A stretch of 64,000 nucleotides of DNA from a bacterium (GTDB lineage: Bacteria; Krumholzibacteriota; Krumholzibacteriia; G020349025), in contig JANLSU010000101.1 in the NCBI GenBank assembly GCA_031362565.1, forward strand, positions 22,493-86,492. The letters are read 5' to 3'. Both the position numbers and the translations under genes were made by a program. Below, piece after piece: positions 49,610-60,057 of this stretch; positions within the stretch are counted from its first letter, which is position 1, and every line of letters begins with the position of its first letter. The notes under the pieces were generated by a model, which was not told the origin of the DNA, did not search any database, and saw only the letters and a list, made by a program, of their open reading frames with translations.

Positions 49610-50407
49610 TTAAGGGTTTGGACGCTGGGCTGAGATGGCCCCGCCGCTCTCACCCGCCGGGACATCGTGCGCCCGGCAGAGCGCCACCACCCAGGTCCGC
49701 TCGGCCCCGGTGCCGAGAGCCTCGAGCGCCGCGGCCACCGTCGCCCCGGTCGTCACCACATCATCGACGAGCAGAAGCCGGCCGCGCTCCGGCACCCGGC
49801 CGACGCGTTCGAACGCACCCGCCACATTGCGGGCCCGATCGGCATGCGCCAATCGCGCCTGGGGTGCGGTCGGCCGGGTACGAACGAGCACCTGCTCGGC
49901 CACTGAACCCTCGAGCCGCGCTGCAACGGCGCGCGCCAGCAAAGCACTCTGATTGAACCCGCGGGCCCGTTCGCGGCTCGAATGCAGCGGTACCGGAATC
50001 AGCACCACGTCCCGCTCGTCCGAAACGCAGCCCGCAACAAATCCAGCAAACCAATCTACTAGAGCGACTTGAGATTCATACTTGAGAGCATGCACGAGAT
50101 CGAAAATGACCGGATTCGGCTCGAACGCCGTCACACATCGCAGCCCTGCGACATCCCCTCCGGGGCGCGCCGCGGGCTCGAGCGTCGCCGCGCATCCGGG
50201 ACAAATGAACCACGCCGGCACACTCCACTCCCCCGCAACCGGCCGCTTCAAACTGCCATCCCAAAGCGCGGCATACGGCCAAGCCGCCTCCGGCACGGCG
50301 GCACCGTCGCAAGGCAACTCGCCCCGGCATCGCCGGCAAGCCCCCGGCCAGATCGCGGCTACGACATCCTCCACCCCACGCCGCAAAACCGCCCCGATAC
50401 GTTGCAC
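49610..50407 (-). CDS. comF: ComF-family protein (zinc ribbon plus PRTase)
   Basis: CxxC pairs, LKY, VPLH...RGFNQS, LVDDVVTTGAT. Start approximate. Confidence 0.88.
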   Translation of the reverse strand: MQRIGAVLRRGVEDVVAAIWPGACRRCRGELPCDGAAVPEAAWPYAALWDGSLKRPVAGEWSVPAWFICPGCAATLEPAARPGGDVAGLRCVTAFEPNPVIFDLVHALKYESQVALVDWFAGFVAGCVSDERDVVLIPVPLHSSRERARGFNQSALLARAVAARLEGSVAEQVLVRTRPTAPQARLAHADRARNVAGAFERVGRVPERGRLLLVDDVVTTGATVAAALEALGTGAERTWVVALCRAHDVPAGESGGAISAQRPNP

Positions 50408-50799
50408 AGCGCCCCCTCTTCGGACCGAAGTGGCTTTGAGTTGGGACGGGAGGCTCGACACGGCGGGCACGGCGGACGCTACATCCGCCGCTCGGCACGT
50501 GGCCGGCGCGTGCATCCATGCAGGCGCTTTCTCGGCCACGTGACGCCGCCGTACCCCCCGTGTCGATCCTCCCGCCCCCGCGGTCCCGCAAGTTCTTGAC
50601 CAGTTCTGCCACGAGAAGTTTCGCGGTGGGCGACGGACGTGTGGGTGGGCGAGTCGCGAGGAGCCGAAGGCCTGGAGGGCCGAGAGGCGACGAGCGAGGG
50701 AGAGAGCCGACATGGATGTCGGCGAACGACCGCGAGCCCACCCGCACGTCCGGCGCTCGCCGCGAAACCGCCCGATTCAAGCAGTCGCACTTCCGGCGG

Positions 50800-51702
50800 T
50801 CAGAGGTCGAGGGCGGCGCGCATGGCTGCGAGCGGGGCTTCGAGGCCGGTCCAAAGCGTGAACGATGCCGCGCCTTGGTGCAGGAGCAGGGTGCGCCCAT
50901 CGGCGGCGCCGAGGCCGCGGGCGGTTGCTTCTTGAACGAGCGGTGTTGTCGTCGCGCCGTACACCGTGTCGTACACGAAGAGATCGGGATGAGCGTTGGC
51001 GAGGGAGAAGGCGGTGGGATCGCCAGGGTGCAGGCCGAGTGAGGTCGCATGCACGAGGAGATCGGCATCGGCGAGCCATGACGGCGCGGCGTCGAGCCCA
51101 CCGCACGCAAGCGCTGGCAGCCGTGATGTCCATGCGGTGCTGACGGCGTCGAGGAGGTCTTGGGCGCGTAGTGGGTCGCGGTTGCAGACGCGCACTTCCA
51201 GGGCGCCGGCGCGAAATGCCGCGACGACGGCGGCGCGCGCCATGCCGCCCGCGCCGACGACGACGAGCCGCGCGCGCGCGAGGGTAACGCCGAATTCGGC
51301 GAGGGCACGCCCGAGTCCTTCGACGTCGGTATTGCCACCATGCAGTTCGCTGTGATGTGGGCCCGCGACGACGCGAATCGTGTTCACGGCGCCGGCGAGG
51401 GCGGCGGTCGAGTCGAGGCCGTCGAGAAACGGCAGGATCGCCTGTTTGTGCGGCACGGTGACATTGGCGCCGCCGATGCGCCCGGCGGCGCGGCGCAGAT
51501 CGTCGCACACCGCTTGCAAAGCCGCCGGCGGCACCGCGCACGCGGCGTACGTGGCATCGAGACCGACAGCACGAAACGCCGCATTCTGCATGCGGGGCGA
51601 ACGCGAATGAGCCACCGGATCGCCGAGCAGGAGGTAGACGCGGGTCGACGGGTGGCCGTCGATTTCAACGGCGAGAGGGCCGAGCCGCAGCTCGGTGGTC
51701 AT
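50800..51702 (-). CDS. aroE: Shikimate dehydrogenase
   Basis: GDPVAHSRSP, GANVTVPHK, GAVNT, NTDVEG, GAGGMARA, LLHQGA. Confidence 0.95.
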   Translation of the reverse strand: MTTELRLGPLAVEIDGHPSTRVYLLLGDPVAHSRSPRMQNAAFRAVGLDATYAACAVPPAALQAVCDDLRRAAGRIGGANVTVPHKQAILPFLDGLDSTAALAGAVNTIRVVAGPHHSELHGGNTDVEGLGRALAEFGVTLARARLVVVGAGGMARAAVVAAFRAGALEVRVCNRDPLRAQDLLDAVSTAWTSRLPALACGGLDAAPSWLADADLLVHATSLGLHPGDPTAFSLANAHPDLFVYDTVYGATTTPLVQEATARGLGAADGRTLLLHQGAASFTLWTGLEAPLAAMRAALDL

Positions 51703-52532
51703 CGCGATTCGGAGCGGGGCGTGAGCGCCGGGCTGTCGGTAAGCGGGGCCAGCTCGGGCAACGGGTTGCGAACGACGCCATCGCGGGTCGCGAGGAGAAC
51801 CAGCACCCCGAGCGCGAAGAGCCCGATGCAGATGAGCTGGTTCACGGTGAGGCCGCCGAGAACATACACATTGGCCTCGTACGAACGGGAGAAGTCGAGG
51901 GCGAACCGGCCGGCGGAATCGAGCAAGAGAAAGACGCCGAACACCTGGCCCTCCCGGCGCGGGCGCCGGTCGAACAACAGCAACAGTCCGAGAATCAGAA
52001 ACCCGGTTGCCGAAGAGTAGAGCTGCGATGGGTGAAGCGCCACGCCGCCGAACATCCGAGACACGTACGAATCCGCCGGAAAATGCACCCCGAACGGCCC
52101 CGTCGTCGGCTTGCCGTAGCAACAGCCGTTCAGAAAACAACCGATGCGCGTCAGTCCGAGTCCCAAGCCCAAACTCGGCGCCATCACATCGGCCATCGTC
52201 AGGAAACGCACTTTGCGCCGTTTGAGATACACCCACGCCGCGCCCATCGCCGCCAGCACGCCACCCAGCATCGTCAGCCCGCCGCTCCACAGCGCGATCA
52301 TGTCGACAAAGCCATGCATTTCGTCGCGGTGGTACAGCACATACATCGCACGGGCGCCAAGAATCGACGCGAACACGATGACGAGCGAGGTGTCGAAAAC
52401 CAGATCCGGGTTCATGCCGCGGGCCCGCGCCCGCCGGCTCGCGAGCAGAATGCCCAAGAAAAAACTGATCGCCAGCATGAAGCCGTACGAGTGCAGGGGC
52501 AAAGGCCCGATCTGTATCAGTGTCGGGTGCAT
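51699..52532 (-). CDS. lgt: Prolipoprotein diacylglyceryl transferase
   Basis: SYGFM, GAR, GGL...GG, RIGCFLNGCCYG, HPSQLY. Confidence 0.93.
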   Translation of the reverse strand: MHPTLIQIGPLPLHSYGFMLAISFFLGILLASRRARARGMNPDLVFDTSLVIVFASILGARAMYVLYHRDEMHGFVDMIALWSGGLTMLGGVLAAMGAAWVYLKRRKVRFLTMADVMAPSLGLGLGLTRIGCFLNGCCYGKPTTGPFGVHFPADSYVSRMFGGVALHPSQLYSSATGFLILGLLLLFDRRPRREGQVFGVFLLLDSAGRFALDFSRSYEANVYVLGGLTVNQLICIGLFALGVLVLLATRDGVVRNPLPELAPLTDSPALTPRSESR

Positions 52533-52602
52533 ACGGAGGGATCCTCGTGGATCGCGGGCTGCTTGGCAAGTCCCGTTTGCCGGCACGAGTTCGCGCCGCG
52601 GC

Positions 52603-53892
52603 TCAGTACTCGCGCCAGCTCCGCCCGAGGTTCAGCAGGACGCCCAGCAGGAAGAGCGTCATGGCGAGCGAACTGCCGCCGTAGCTGACCAGCGGCAGTG
52701 GAATTCCGGCGACCGGGAAGAGTCCGACCGTCATGCCGATGTTCTGTGTCATCTGGAATCCCAAGTAGGCCACGATGCCGAACGCCGCGTGGCGCGCGAA
52801 GGGATTGTGCGCCCGGGCCGCGAAGGTGATGCCACGCGTCAGCAAAATCCCGAAGAGCGTCAGGATGATGAGCGCACCGATGAGGCCAAACTCTTCGCCG
52901 ACGACCGAAAAGATGAAATCCGTGTGGCGCGCCGGCAAGAACGCCAGCTCCTTCTGGGTGCCCTGCATGAATCCCTTGCCCAAAAGGCCGCCCGAACCGA
53001 CGGCGATCTTGGACTGCGCCACGTGGTAACCCTGGCCGAGCTTGTCGAGATCCGGCGAAAAGAATGTCTCGATGCGCTTGCGCTGGTAATCGTGCATGCG
53101 CGCCCATACGGCCGACGCCAGGAAGCGTACGCCGACGTTCATCCCGAGCAGCACGAGGTTTTCGAGCCAGTGCTTGCGCCGCCAAATCGTCACCGCGACC
53201 ATGCCGGCAAGGATCGCGATCCAAAACCAGACGCCGCTCTCGCCGCGGCTCATGAACCACAAGTGCATCACCAGATTCAGCACCGGCATCGCCAGCAACA
53301 CGACGTGCAGCGGCTCGAGCCCGGCCCAAAACAGCATCGGCAGCAAGATCGCCATGAAGACCAACCCGGTGCCCAAGTCCGGCTGCTTCAGCACGAGTGC
53401 AAAGGGCACCAGAACGAGCAACGTCGGTACGATCAGATTGCGGAGCTGGTTGACATCGCCGGACCGCCGCGCGAAGAGATGCGCCAGCAGAAAGATCATC
53501 GTCGCCTTGGCGATCTCGGACGGCTGAAATTGCACCGGGCCGAGAATGATCCAGCGTTCGGCGCCCATGCGGTGCGGCATCGACAGAACGAGCACCAACA
53601 GCACGAGCACGACGCCGTACTGCAGCCACACCGAGTCCTCGATGGTGCGGAACGGAATCGAATAGCCGATGAGCAGTGCTGCGAGCCCGACCCCGATCCA
53701 GACGATCTGGCGCCAGAAAATCCCGCGTCCGACTTCGAGGGACGGATTGCCGTTCTCGGGCACGGGAGCGTGCGTGACACTGTAGAGCGTCACGAGCGAG
53801 ACGACCAACAAGCCGAGAATCGCCAGGATCGCCGGCCGGTCGACGGTTTCCAAGAACCGCCGTACACCCAATGGACTGGACGCGCGCGACAC
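52603..53892 (-). CDS. rodA: Peptidoglycan glycosyltransferase RodA
   Basis: FQPSEIAK, KQPDLGT, HTDFIFS, GIPLPLVSYGGS. Confidence 0.96.
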   Translation of the reverse strand: MSRASSPLGVRRFLETVDRPAILAILGLLVVSLVTLYSVTHAPVPENGNPSLEVGRGIFWRQIVWIGVGLAALLIGYSIPFRTIEDSVWLQYGVVLVLLVLVLSMPHRMGAERWIILGPVQFQPSEIAKATMIFLLAHLFARRSGDVNQLRNLIVPTLLVLVPFALVLKQPDLGTGLVFMAILLPMLFWAGLEPLHVVLLAMPVLNLVMHLWFMSRGESGVWFWIAILAGMVAVTIWRRKHWLENLVLLGMNVGVRFLASAVWARMHDYQRKRIETFFSPDLDKLGQGYHVAQSKIAVGSGGLLGKGFMQGTQKELAFLPARHTDFIFSVVGEEFGLIGALIILTLFGILLTRGITFAARAHNPFARHAAFGIVAYLGFQMTQNIGMTVGLFPVAGIPLPLVSYGGSSLAMTLFLLGVLLNLGRSWREY

Positions 53893-53893
53893 T

Positions 53894-55759
53894 TCAGGTC
53901 CCCCGGATGTGAACGCCCGAGGCGCGCAGTGCGGCCATGCGCCGCCAATAGGCCGGCCCGTTGTCGGGAATGTGGAAGTACGTCGAGATGAGTTGGCGGG
54001 CGATCGGTGCCGCAACCGAACCGCCGTGGCCGGCGCGCTCGACGATGATCGCGCCGGCGATCTGCGGGTCGTCATAGGGCGCAAAGAACACGAACCAGGC
54101 GTGGTCCTCGATCTTGCCCGGCGTTTCAGCCGTGCCGGTCTTGCCGGCAACGAGAATCGAATCCGGCAGCGCCGCGTGCCCGGTGCCGTGGTCGCCGATG
54201 ACGACCTCGAGCATGGCCTTGCGCAGAAAATCACCGATGCCGTCGGGAAAGACTCCGTCGCGCTCGAGCACCGGCTCGACGGCGCGCAAGACGCGGCCGT
54301 TCGAATCGAGCACGCGGTGGATGATCTGCGGTTTGTACATCCGGCCGCCATTGGCGACGGCGGCGGCGAGTCGCGCCATCTGCAGCGGCGTCACCAGCAC
54401 TTCGCCCTGGCCAATGATGCAATTCACGACCAGCGTCGTCGTCCAGCCGCGCTTGCCGAAGACCCTGTCATAGTAGGCGCTGTCGGGAATGAGGCCGCGT
54501 TCTTCAGGCAGGTCGAATCCCGTCACCCGCCCGAATCCGAGCTGGCGCGCGGTGTCCGCGAGCCGGTCCTGGCCGATCGGCCGCGCCAGTTGATAGTAGT
54601 ACACGTCGCACGATTGCTCGAAAGCATGCAACATCGCCAGCGATCCGTGGCCGCGATCTTCCCAGCACTTGAAAACGTGATTGCCGACGCGGTAGCTGCC
54701 GCCGCACGCCCCCATGGGTTGATCGATGCGGACGACGTGATTCTCGAGCGCCGCCGTCGAAGAGACGATCTTGAACGTCGATCCCGGTGGATAGGTGGCA
54801 CGCGCATACCGATTGAACAATGGCGTCAACGGGTCGTTACGCAGCTTCTCGTAGTCGCCGGTACTGATGCCGACGCTGAAGCGATTCAGGTCGTAGCCGG
54901 GTTTGCTGACGGCCGCAAGCAACTCGCCGGTGCGCACATCGATGACGACGGCGGCGCCGGCGCGGTCCTGCGGCCAGAGCTGGGTCTCGAGCTGGTGTTG
55001 CAGGTCGAAATCCACCGTCAATTCGATGTCGTGGCCCGGCAGTGGCGGATCCGCCTTGTCCGGCAGCTCGAAGAGTTCCTGGCCGGCGGCGTTCACTTGC
55101 ACGCGGCGAGCGCCGTCCTGGCCGCGCAAATCGTCTTCGCAGAGCGCTTCGACGCCGGAGCGGCCGTAGAAATCGCCCAACCGGTAGGCGCGGGTGCCTT
55201 GCGACTTCTCGACGAGATCCGGCGGCACTTCGCCGACATACCCCAGCACGTGAGTTGCGAAATCATCGTAAAGATAGCGCCGGCGGCCGCGCGCCAGCAG
55301 GTCGGCGCCGGCATAGCGGCCGGTGTTTTGTTCGAACAGCGACAGCTGTTCCTTGGTCACGTGGTCGAGCAGTTTGACCGGCAGGTTACCCTGGCCGCGG
55401 CCGCGGGCCTTCTGCGCTTCCCAGCGTGATCGCGCTGCCAGCGTGTCGACGCCGAAGTCGCGCGCCAGCGCCCCCAACAATGCGTGATCGCTGCGCAGCG
55501 CCGACGCATCGATCCACAATTCGTATTCGGCGACGTTGTCTACCAAGCTCTTGCCCGTGCGGTCGCGGATGATACCGCGCGGCGCAATGACCCGCTTGAT
55601 CTTGAACTGATTCTCGAGCGCCAGCCGCAGAAACTTGCGGTGCTCGATCACCTGAACGGTGAAGATGCGACCGGCAAGGAGCAGCAATGCGCCGGCGAGG
55701 ACCACGTGCGCGAGGCGCGCATTGCGCGCCTCATCGACGTGCGAACGACGGCCGCCCAA
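53894..55759 (-). CDS. mrdA: Penicillin-binding protein 2
   Basis: APRGIIRDR, PGSTFK (SxxK), SCD, AGKTGTAE. Start uncertain. Confidence 0.95.
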   Translation of the reverse strand: MGGRRSHVDEARNARLAHVVLAGALLLLAGRIFTVQVIEHRKFLRLALENQFKIKRVIAPRGIIRDRTGKSLVDNVAEYELWIDASALRSDHALLGALARDFGVDTLAARSRWEAQKARGRGQGNLPVKLLDHVTKEQLSLFEQNTGRYAGADLLARGRRRYLYDDFATHVLGYVGEVPPDLVEKSQGTRAYRLGDFYGRSGVEALCEDDLRGQDGARRVQVNAAGQELFELPDKADPPLPGHDIELTVDFDLQHQLETQLWPQDRAGAAVVIDVRTGELLAAVSKPGYDLNRFSVGISTGDYEKLRNDPLTPLFNRYARATYPPGSTFKIVSSTAALENHVVRIDQPMGACGGSYRVGNHVFKCWEDRGHGSLAMLHAFEQSCDVYYYQLARPIGQDRLADTARQLGFGRVTGFDLPEERGLIPDSAYYDRVFGKRGWTTTLVVNCIIGQGEVLVTPLQMARLAAAVANGGRMYKPQIIHRVLDSNGRVLRAVEPVLERDGVFPDGIGDFLRKAMLEVVIGDHGTGHAALPDSILVAGKTGTAETPGKIEDHAWFVFFAPYDDPQIAGAIIVERAGHGGSVAAPIARQLISTYFHIPDNGPAYWRRMAALRASGVHIRGT

Positions 55760-56243
55760 TGGTGCGCCCCCCTCTCCCCGACAACGATCCGACGGCGATG
55801 AACGCCCACATCCCGACGAGCGCCGTGTAGAGCGCGGTCGGCAAGCTGCGGGTCAGGAGTCCCATGAAGAGGTCGGACAAGGCCAGATGCGTGAAGATGG
55901 TCCAGTAGACGAGGTCGTGCGCCAGCACGGCGAGAAACAGCACGGCGGCGTGCATCGGCAGATTGCTGGCGTTCAGGTGGCCGCGCAATGTACCCGACGC
56001 AAACCCCAGCAACGACTTGGTCAGGGCGTTCAGCCCCAGGAAGGCGGGATTGGTCAGGTCCTGCGCGAGGCCGATGCAAAAGCCCGCGACCGTGCCGTGG
56101 GTCGAGCCGCGCGCCGTGCCGAGCAACACGGTCAGCACGATCGCCAGATCCGGGCGAATCCCGGCGATGGCGATGTGCGGCACCACCGTCGCCTGCAACC
56201 CCAGAGCGATGAACGACAACACGATGCTGAGCACGATTGCCAT
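55731..56243 (-). CDS. mreD: Rod shape-determining protein MreD
   Basis: Hydrophobic; PDL...G...GF..GL..D pattern; synteny. Confidence 0.92.
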   Translation of the reverse strand: MAIVLSIVLSFIALGLQATVVPHIAIAGIRPDLAIVLTVLLGTARGSTHGTVAGFCIGLAQDLTNPAFLGLNALTKSLLGFASGTLRGHLNASNLPMHAAVLFLAVLAHDLVYWTIFTHLALSDLFMGLLTRSLPTALYTALVGMWAFIAVGSLSGRGGRTIGRPSFARR

Positions 56244-56258
56244 GTCCTGAAGTCCCCT

Positions 56259-57134
56259 TTAGCGAGCCTTGGCGGCGGCGCGGACCTCGAGCGATCCGTT
56301 CAAGAGAGCGCGATCGTCGGCGGTGTACAAATCATTGTCGTCCCACGTCCCCATGCGGCGCACGACGAACACGTCCTGGACCCCGCCCAGCTCGACGTAT
56401 GGACGCACTTCGATCTGTTTGAAGAGGCCATCCAGCGAATTTGCGACCCGCGTCACGACTCCGACCGGAATGCCGCGCGGATAGATGCCGCCGAGGCCCG
56501 AACTGACGAGCGGATCGCCGGGCAGCACGTCTTCCACGGCATCGACGTGATCGAGCAGGAAGGTATTGCCGCGCAGCCAGCGGAGAATGCCGATGACATT
56601 GCTGCGCTGATCCCGGCAACTGACGGCCAGACCCGGGCTCATCAGCGTCTCGACGAGGGCCCGGTCATGGGTGACTTGCCGCACCCGGCCCACCAGGCCG
56701 GCGTAGGCGGTAACCGGCATGTCGACGCGCACCGAGTCTTCGGCGCCACGCGCCAGCTGCAGCATGTCCTGTTTGGTGTCGGTGGCGCGGCCGACGACTT
56801 CGCACGGTAGGAGGATCGGGAAACGTTCGGTCGCGAAGCGCGCCAGGCGCCGCATCTGCTCGCGTTCGTCGCGCAACTGCAGGAGCCGCATGCGCTCCAG
56901 GTTGAGGGTCGCGACGACGCGGCGCAGTTGCCGGTTCTCGCGCCGCAGCACGAACAATTCCTCACCGCTCTGTACGACCGATTGCAGCGGTGCGTACAGG
57001 GTGGCGCCAAGCGAGCGGGCGATCTCGGCCTGCGTGCCATCGTCGAGCGCCAGCAGGGCGCACGAAACGGCGATCGCCAGCGCTAGGAGCGTCCGGTCAC
57101 GATGCCGCCCGAAAAGGGTCCGAAACACGTGCAC
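56259..57134 (-). CDS. mreC: Rod shape-determining protein MreC
   Basis: TM plus coiled coil (RRENRQLR), GLVGRV, SSGLGGIYPRGIPVG. Confidence 0.95.
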   Translation of the reverse strand: MHVFRTLFGRHRDRTLLALAIAVSCALLALDDGTQAEIARSLGATLYAPLQSVVQSGEELFVLRRENRQLRRVVATLNLERMRLLQLRDEREQMRRLARFATERFPILLPCEVVGRATDTKQDMLQLARGAEDSVRVDMPVTAYAGLVGRVRQVTHDRALVETLMSPGLAVSCRDQRSNVIGILRWLRGNTFLLDHVDAVEDVLPGDPLVSSGLGGIYPRGIPVGVVTRVANSLDGLFKQIEVRPYVELGGVQDVFVVRRMGTWDDNDLYTADDRALLNGSLEVRAAAKAR

Positions 57135-57164
57135 GTCCCTGGTCTCGAGTCAGGCGCCCTGTAG

Positions 57165-58199
57165 TCAGTCACGGCCCGCCGGCATCAGGACTTTAGAGTA
57201 GTGTTCGAAATCGTCGAGGATTTTGCCCGTCCCGAGCACGACGCACGACAGCGGATCGTCCACCGTATTGATCGGCAGGTTCGTCTCTTCCTTGAGCAAC
57301 GTCTCGAGTTCGCGCAACAGCGAACCGCCACCCGTCATGACGATGCCGCGGTCGACAATGTCGGCGGCGAGTTCTGGCGGGCAGCGTTCGAGCGCCAGCT
57401 TGAGCGCATCGACGATCTGCTGGATCGGTTCGCGCAGCGCTTCGCGCACTTCGATGGACGAGATGCGGAGAATTTTCGGGATGCCGGCCACCAAGTCGCG
57501 GCCCTTGATCTCCATCTCGAGCTCTTCGGGCAGCGGTGCCGCCGAGCCGATCGTCTTCTTGATGTTCTCGGCCGTCAGTTCGCCGACGAGCAGGTTGTAC
57601 GTCTTCTTGATGTGCTGCACGATCGCCTCGTCCATCTCGTCGCCGCCGACGCGAATCGACGTGTCGCAGACGATGCCGTCGAGAGCGATGACGGCGATTT
57701 CGGTCGTGCCGCCGCCGATGTCGATGATCATGTTGCCGCTCGGGCGGTTCACCGGCAGCCCGACCCCGATGGCCGCGGCGATGGGCTCGGCCACCAGGAA
57801 GACCTCGCGCGCCCCGGCGTGTTCGGCGGAGTCGCGGACGGCGCGCTTCTCGACTTCGGTGATGCCCGAGGGGACGCAGATCACGATCCGCGGTTTGACG
57901 AGGCGGCGCTTCTGCTGTGCCTTGCGAATGAACTCGCGCAGCATGATTTCGGTGATCTGGAAGTCGGCGATGACACCATCCTTGAGCGGGCGCACGGCCG
58001 TGATATGGTCGGGTGTCTTCCCCAGCATCGCCTTGGCGTCGCTGCCGACCGCCACGACTTTACGGGTCTGGTTGTCGACCGCGACCACCGAGGGCTCGTT
58101 CAACACGATCCCCAAGCCCTTGACGTGCACCAGCGTGTTCGCCGTGCCGAGGTCGATCGCCACGTCGTTGCAAAACCAGCTCGCGATGGATTTCAGCAT
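57165..58199 (-). CDS. mreB: Rod shape-determining protein MreB
   Basis: [29 protein letters not shown]. Confidence 0.98.
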   Translation of the reverse strand: MLKSIASWFCNDVAIDLGTANTLVHVKGLGIVLNEPSVVAVDNQTRKVVAVGSDAKAMLGKTPDHITAVRPLKDGVIADFQITEIMLREFIRKAQQKRRLVKPRIVICVPSGITEVEKRAVRDSAEHAGAREVFLVAEPIAAAIGVGLPVNRPSGNMIIDIGGGTTEIAVIALDGIVCDTSIRVGGDEMDEAIVQHIKKTYNLLVGELTAENIKKTIGSAAPLPEELEMEIKGRDLVAGIPKILRISSIEVREALREPIQQIVDALKLALERCPPELAADIVDRGIVMTGGGSLLRELETLLKEETNLPINTVDDPLSCVVLGTGKILDDFEHYSKVLMPAGRD

Positions 58200-58244
58200 T
58201 GTCCCGCCCCGCCTTCGCATCCCCGAGAGGGTGGCCCGCAGCCT

Positions 58245-58928
58245 TCAGAAGTAGCCGCCTTCTTTCAGGCTCTCGAACGTTCCGTCACCAACGATCACGT
58301 GATCCAGAAGCCGGATCCCGACCAGTTCGCCGCAGCGCGCCAGGCGCCGCGTCAATTCCACGTCCTCCGGGCTCGGTGTCGGGACGCCCGTCGGATGGTT
58401 GTGTGCCACGATGACGGCCGCCGCGCTCGCCTGAATGGCAGGCTTCCACACTTCACGTGGATGCACGATAGAGGCCGACAACGTTCCGATCGATACAGTA
58501 ACCACGTCCAAGACGTGATTCTTCGTCGACAACAGCACGGCCACGAAGTGTTCACGGTCGGCATCGCGCAACATCGGCATCAAGAGCCGCGCGATGTCCG
58601 CCGGACCCTCCACACGCCAGCGTGGCAGCGGCCGGCCATAACTCAAACGACGGCCGAGTTCGAGACACGCTTCGAGCCGCGCCACATGCGCCGGCCGCGC
58701 ACCTTGAACCGCGTCGAGATCCGCCCGGCTCGCGCCGGCCAGCCCCCGCCAGCTACCAAACTGATCCAGGAACCGCCGTGCGATTCGGTCTGCGCTCCCG
58801 CCGTACCCATCCAACACCCGCGTCAGGAGTTCTTGGTTCGAGAGATGGCGTGCCGCAAGAGGCCCCGTCGCCGGCCACCGCGGTGCTCTCGGTTCGGACC
58901 TCGACGTGTCGCGCCGCGGACTCGCCAT
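58245..58928 (-). CDS. radC: RadC / UPF0758 JAB-domain protein
   Basis: VHPREV, AHNHPTGVPTPSPED, LLDHVIVG; radC-mreB synteny. Confidence 0.93.
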   Translation of the reverse strand: MASPRRDTSRSEPRAPRWPATGPLAARHLSNQELLTRVLDGYGGSADRIARRFLDQFGSWRGLAGASRADLDAVQGARPAHVARLEACLELGRRLSYGRPLPRWRVEGPADIARLLMPMLRDADREHFVAVLLSTKNHVLDVVTVSIGTLSASIVHPREVWKPAIQASAAAVIVAHNHPTGVPTPSPEDVELTRRLARCGELVGIRLLDHVIVGDGTFESLKEGGYF

Positions 58929-59127
58929 CGCCGCCCAAAAACTCGTGTAACTGATTGAATTAACATCAGCTACAACATGCCAGACGCTATCAGATGACCT
59001 CCGGCCACGCAAGCCATTTCATGCCGCGCGGACCCAGGGGTCCTGAAGATCGTCAGCAAGAAGCGTGCGATGCCGGTCGCGCCCGAGGCGCCGGCTGTTA
59101 GACTGCCCGGCCAAGGAGGTGCGTGGA

Positions 59128-60057
59128 GTGCGCTGTGTCGTCCAAGTCCCCGCTTCGACATCGAACTTGGGCCCGGGGTTCGACTGCCTGGGACTGGCGC
59201 TCGAGTGGCTGCTGACCGTCGAGGTGGAAACGGGCGTTGCGGAGAACCGCATCGAAAACGCCGGCGCGTCCGCCGCGCAATTGCCACCCGGTGCGCCCAA
59301 CCTCGTGTACGAGTGTTTCGCCCGCGTTGTGCGGCCGGCGCTCGGCAGAGTGCCGCCCATCGCATTGCGAATCACGAGTGATATCCCGGTGGCGCGCGGC
59401 CTGGGCTCGTCGGGCGCTGCCGCCATCGCCGGACTCTTGGCCGGCGCCCTCGTCGCCGGCCCGGGCGCGCCCGATCTCGATCTCGTTCTGCAGGCTGCCG
59501 TCGACATCGAGGGGCATCCCGACAACGTCGCCGCGTCGCTGTACGGCGGGCTCACCGCGAGCGTCGTCGACGGAGCGCGGGTGCATATGACGCGTCTGCC
59601 GTTCCCAGCATCCCTGTCCATCATTGCGGTCATCCCGGATCGGCGCGTCGAAACGCATCGGGCCCGGGCGCTTTTACCCGAATCCGTACCGCTCGCCGAT
59701 GCGGTGTTCAACCTGTCGCGGGTGGCGCTCTTGGCCGGGGCGCTCGCCAGTGAGAACGATGCGCTGGCGGGCATCGCGCTCGCCGACCGGCTGCATCAGG
59801 ATCGCCGCTTGGGGCTCGTGCCGGGGCTCGCCACGGCGCTCGACGCACTCCGCGCCGAACCCGGCTGCGTCGGGGCGGTGCTGTCGGGATCGGGCCCGAC
59901 GCTCTTGGCGTTCGTCCGCGACCCGGGGCCCGATTTTGGGGCCGCGGCGCGCGGCGTGCTCGCGGCGCACGGCGTACCGGCGGTCGTCCGCGCCCTGCGC
60001 CCGCAACTCTGCGGCGCGACCTGGACGCGGGACGGCGCTTCTGTGCAAAGCTCTTGA
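59128..60057 (+). CDS. thrB: Homoserine kinase
   Basis: VPASTSNLGPGFDCLG, PVARGLGSSG, EGHPDN, SGSGPT. Confidence 0.95.
   Translation: MRCVVQVPASTSNLGPGFDCLGLALEWLLTVEVETGVAENRIENAGASAAQLPPGAPNLVYECFARVVRPALGRVPPIALRITSDIPVARGLGSSGAAAIAGLLAGALVAGPGAPDLDLVLQAAVDIEGHPDNVAASLYGGLTASVVDGARVHMTRLPFPASLSIIAVIPDRRVETHRARALLPESVPLADAVFNLSRVALLAGALASENDALAGIALADRLHQDRRLGLVPGLATALDALRAEPGCVGAVLSGSGPTLLAFVRDPGPDFGAAARGVLAAHGVPAVVRALRPQLCGATWTRDGASVQSS

Noticed and set aside
58245..58928. radC as a mobile-element or anti-restriction marker
   Set aside because: It is the long chromosomal form in the common radC-mreBCD context.
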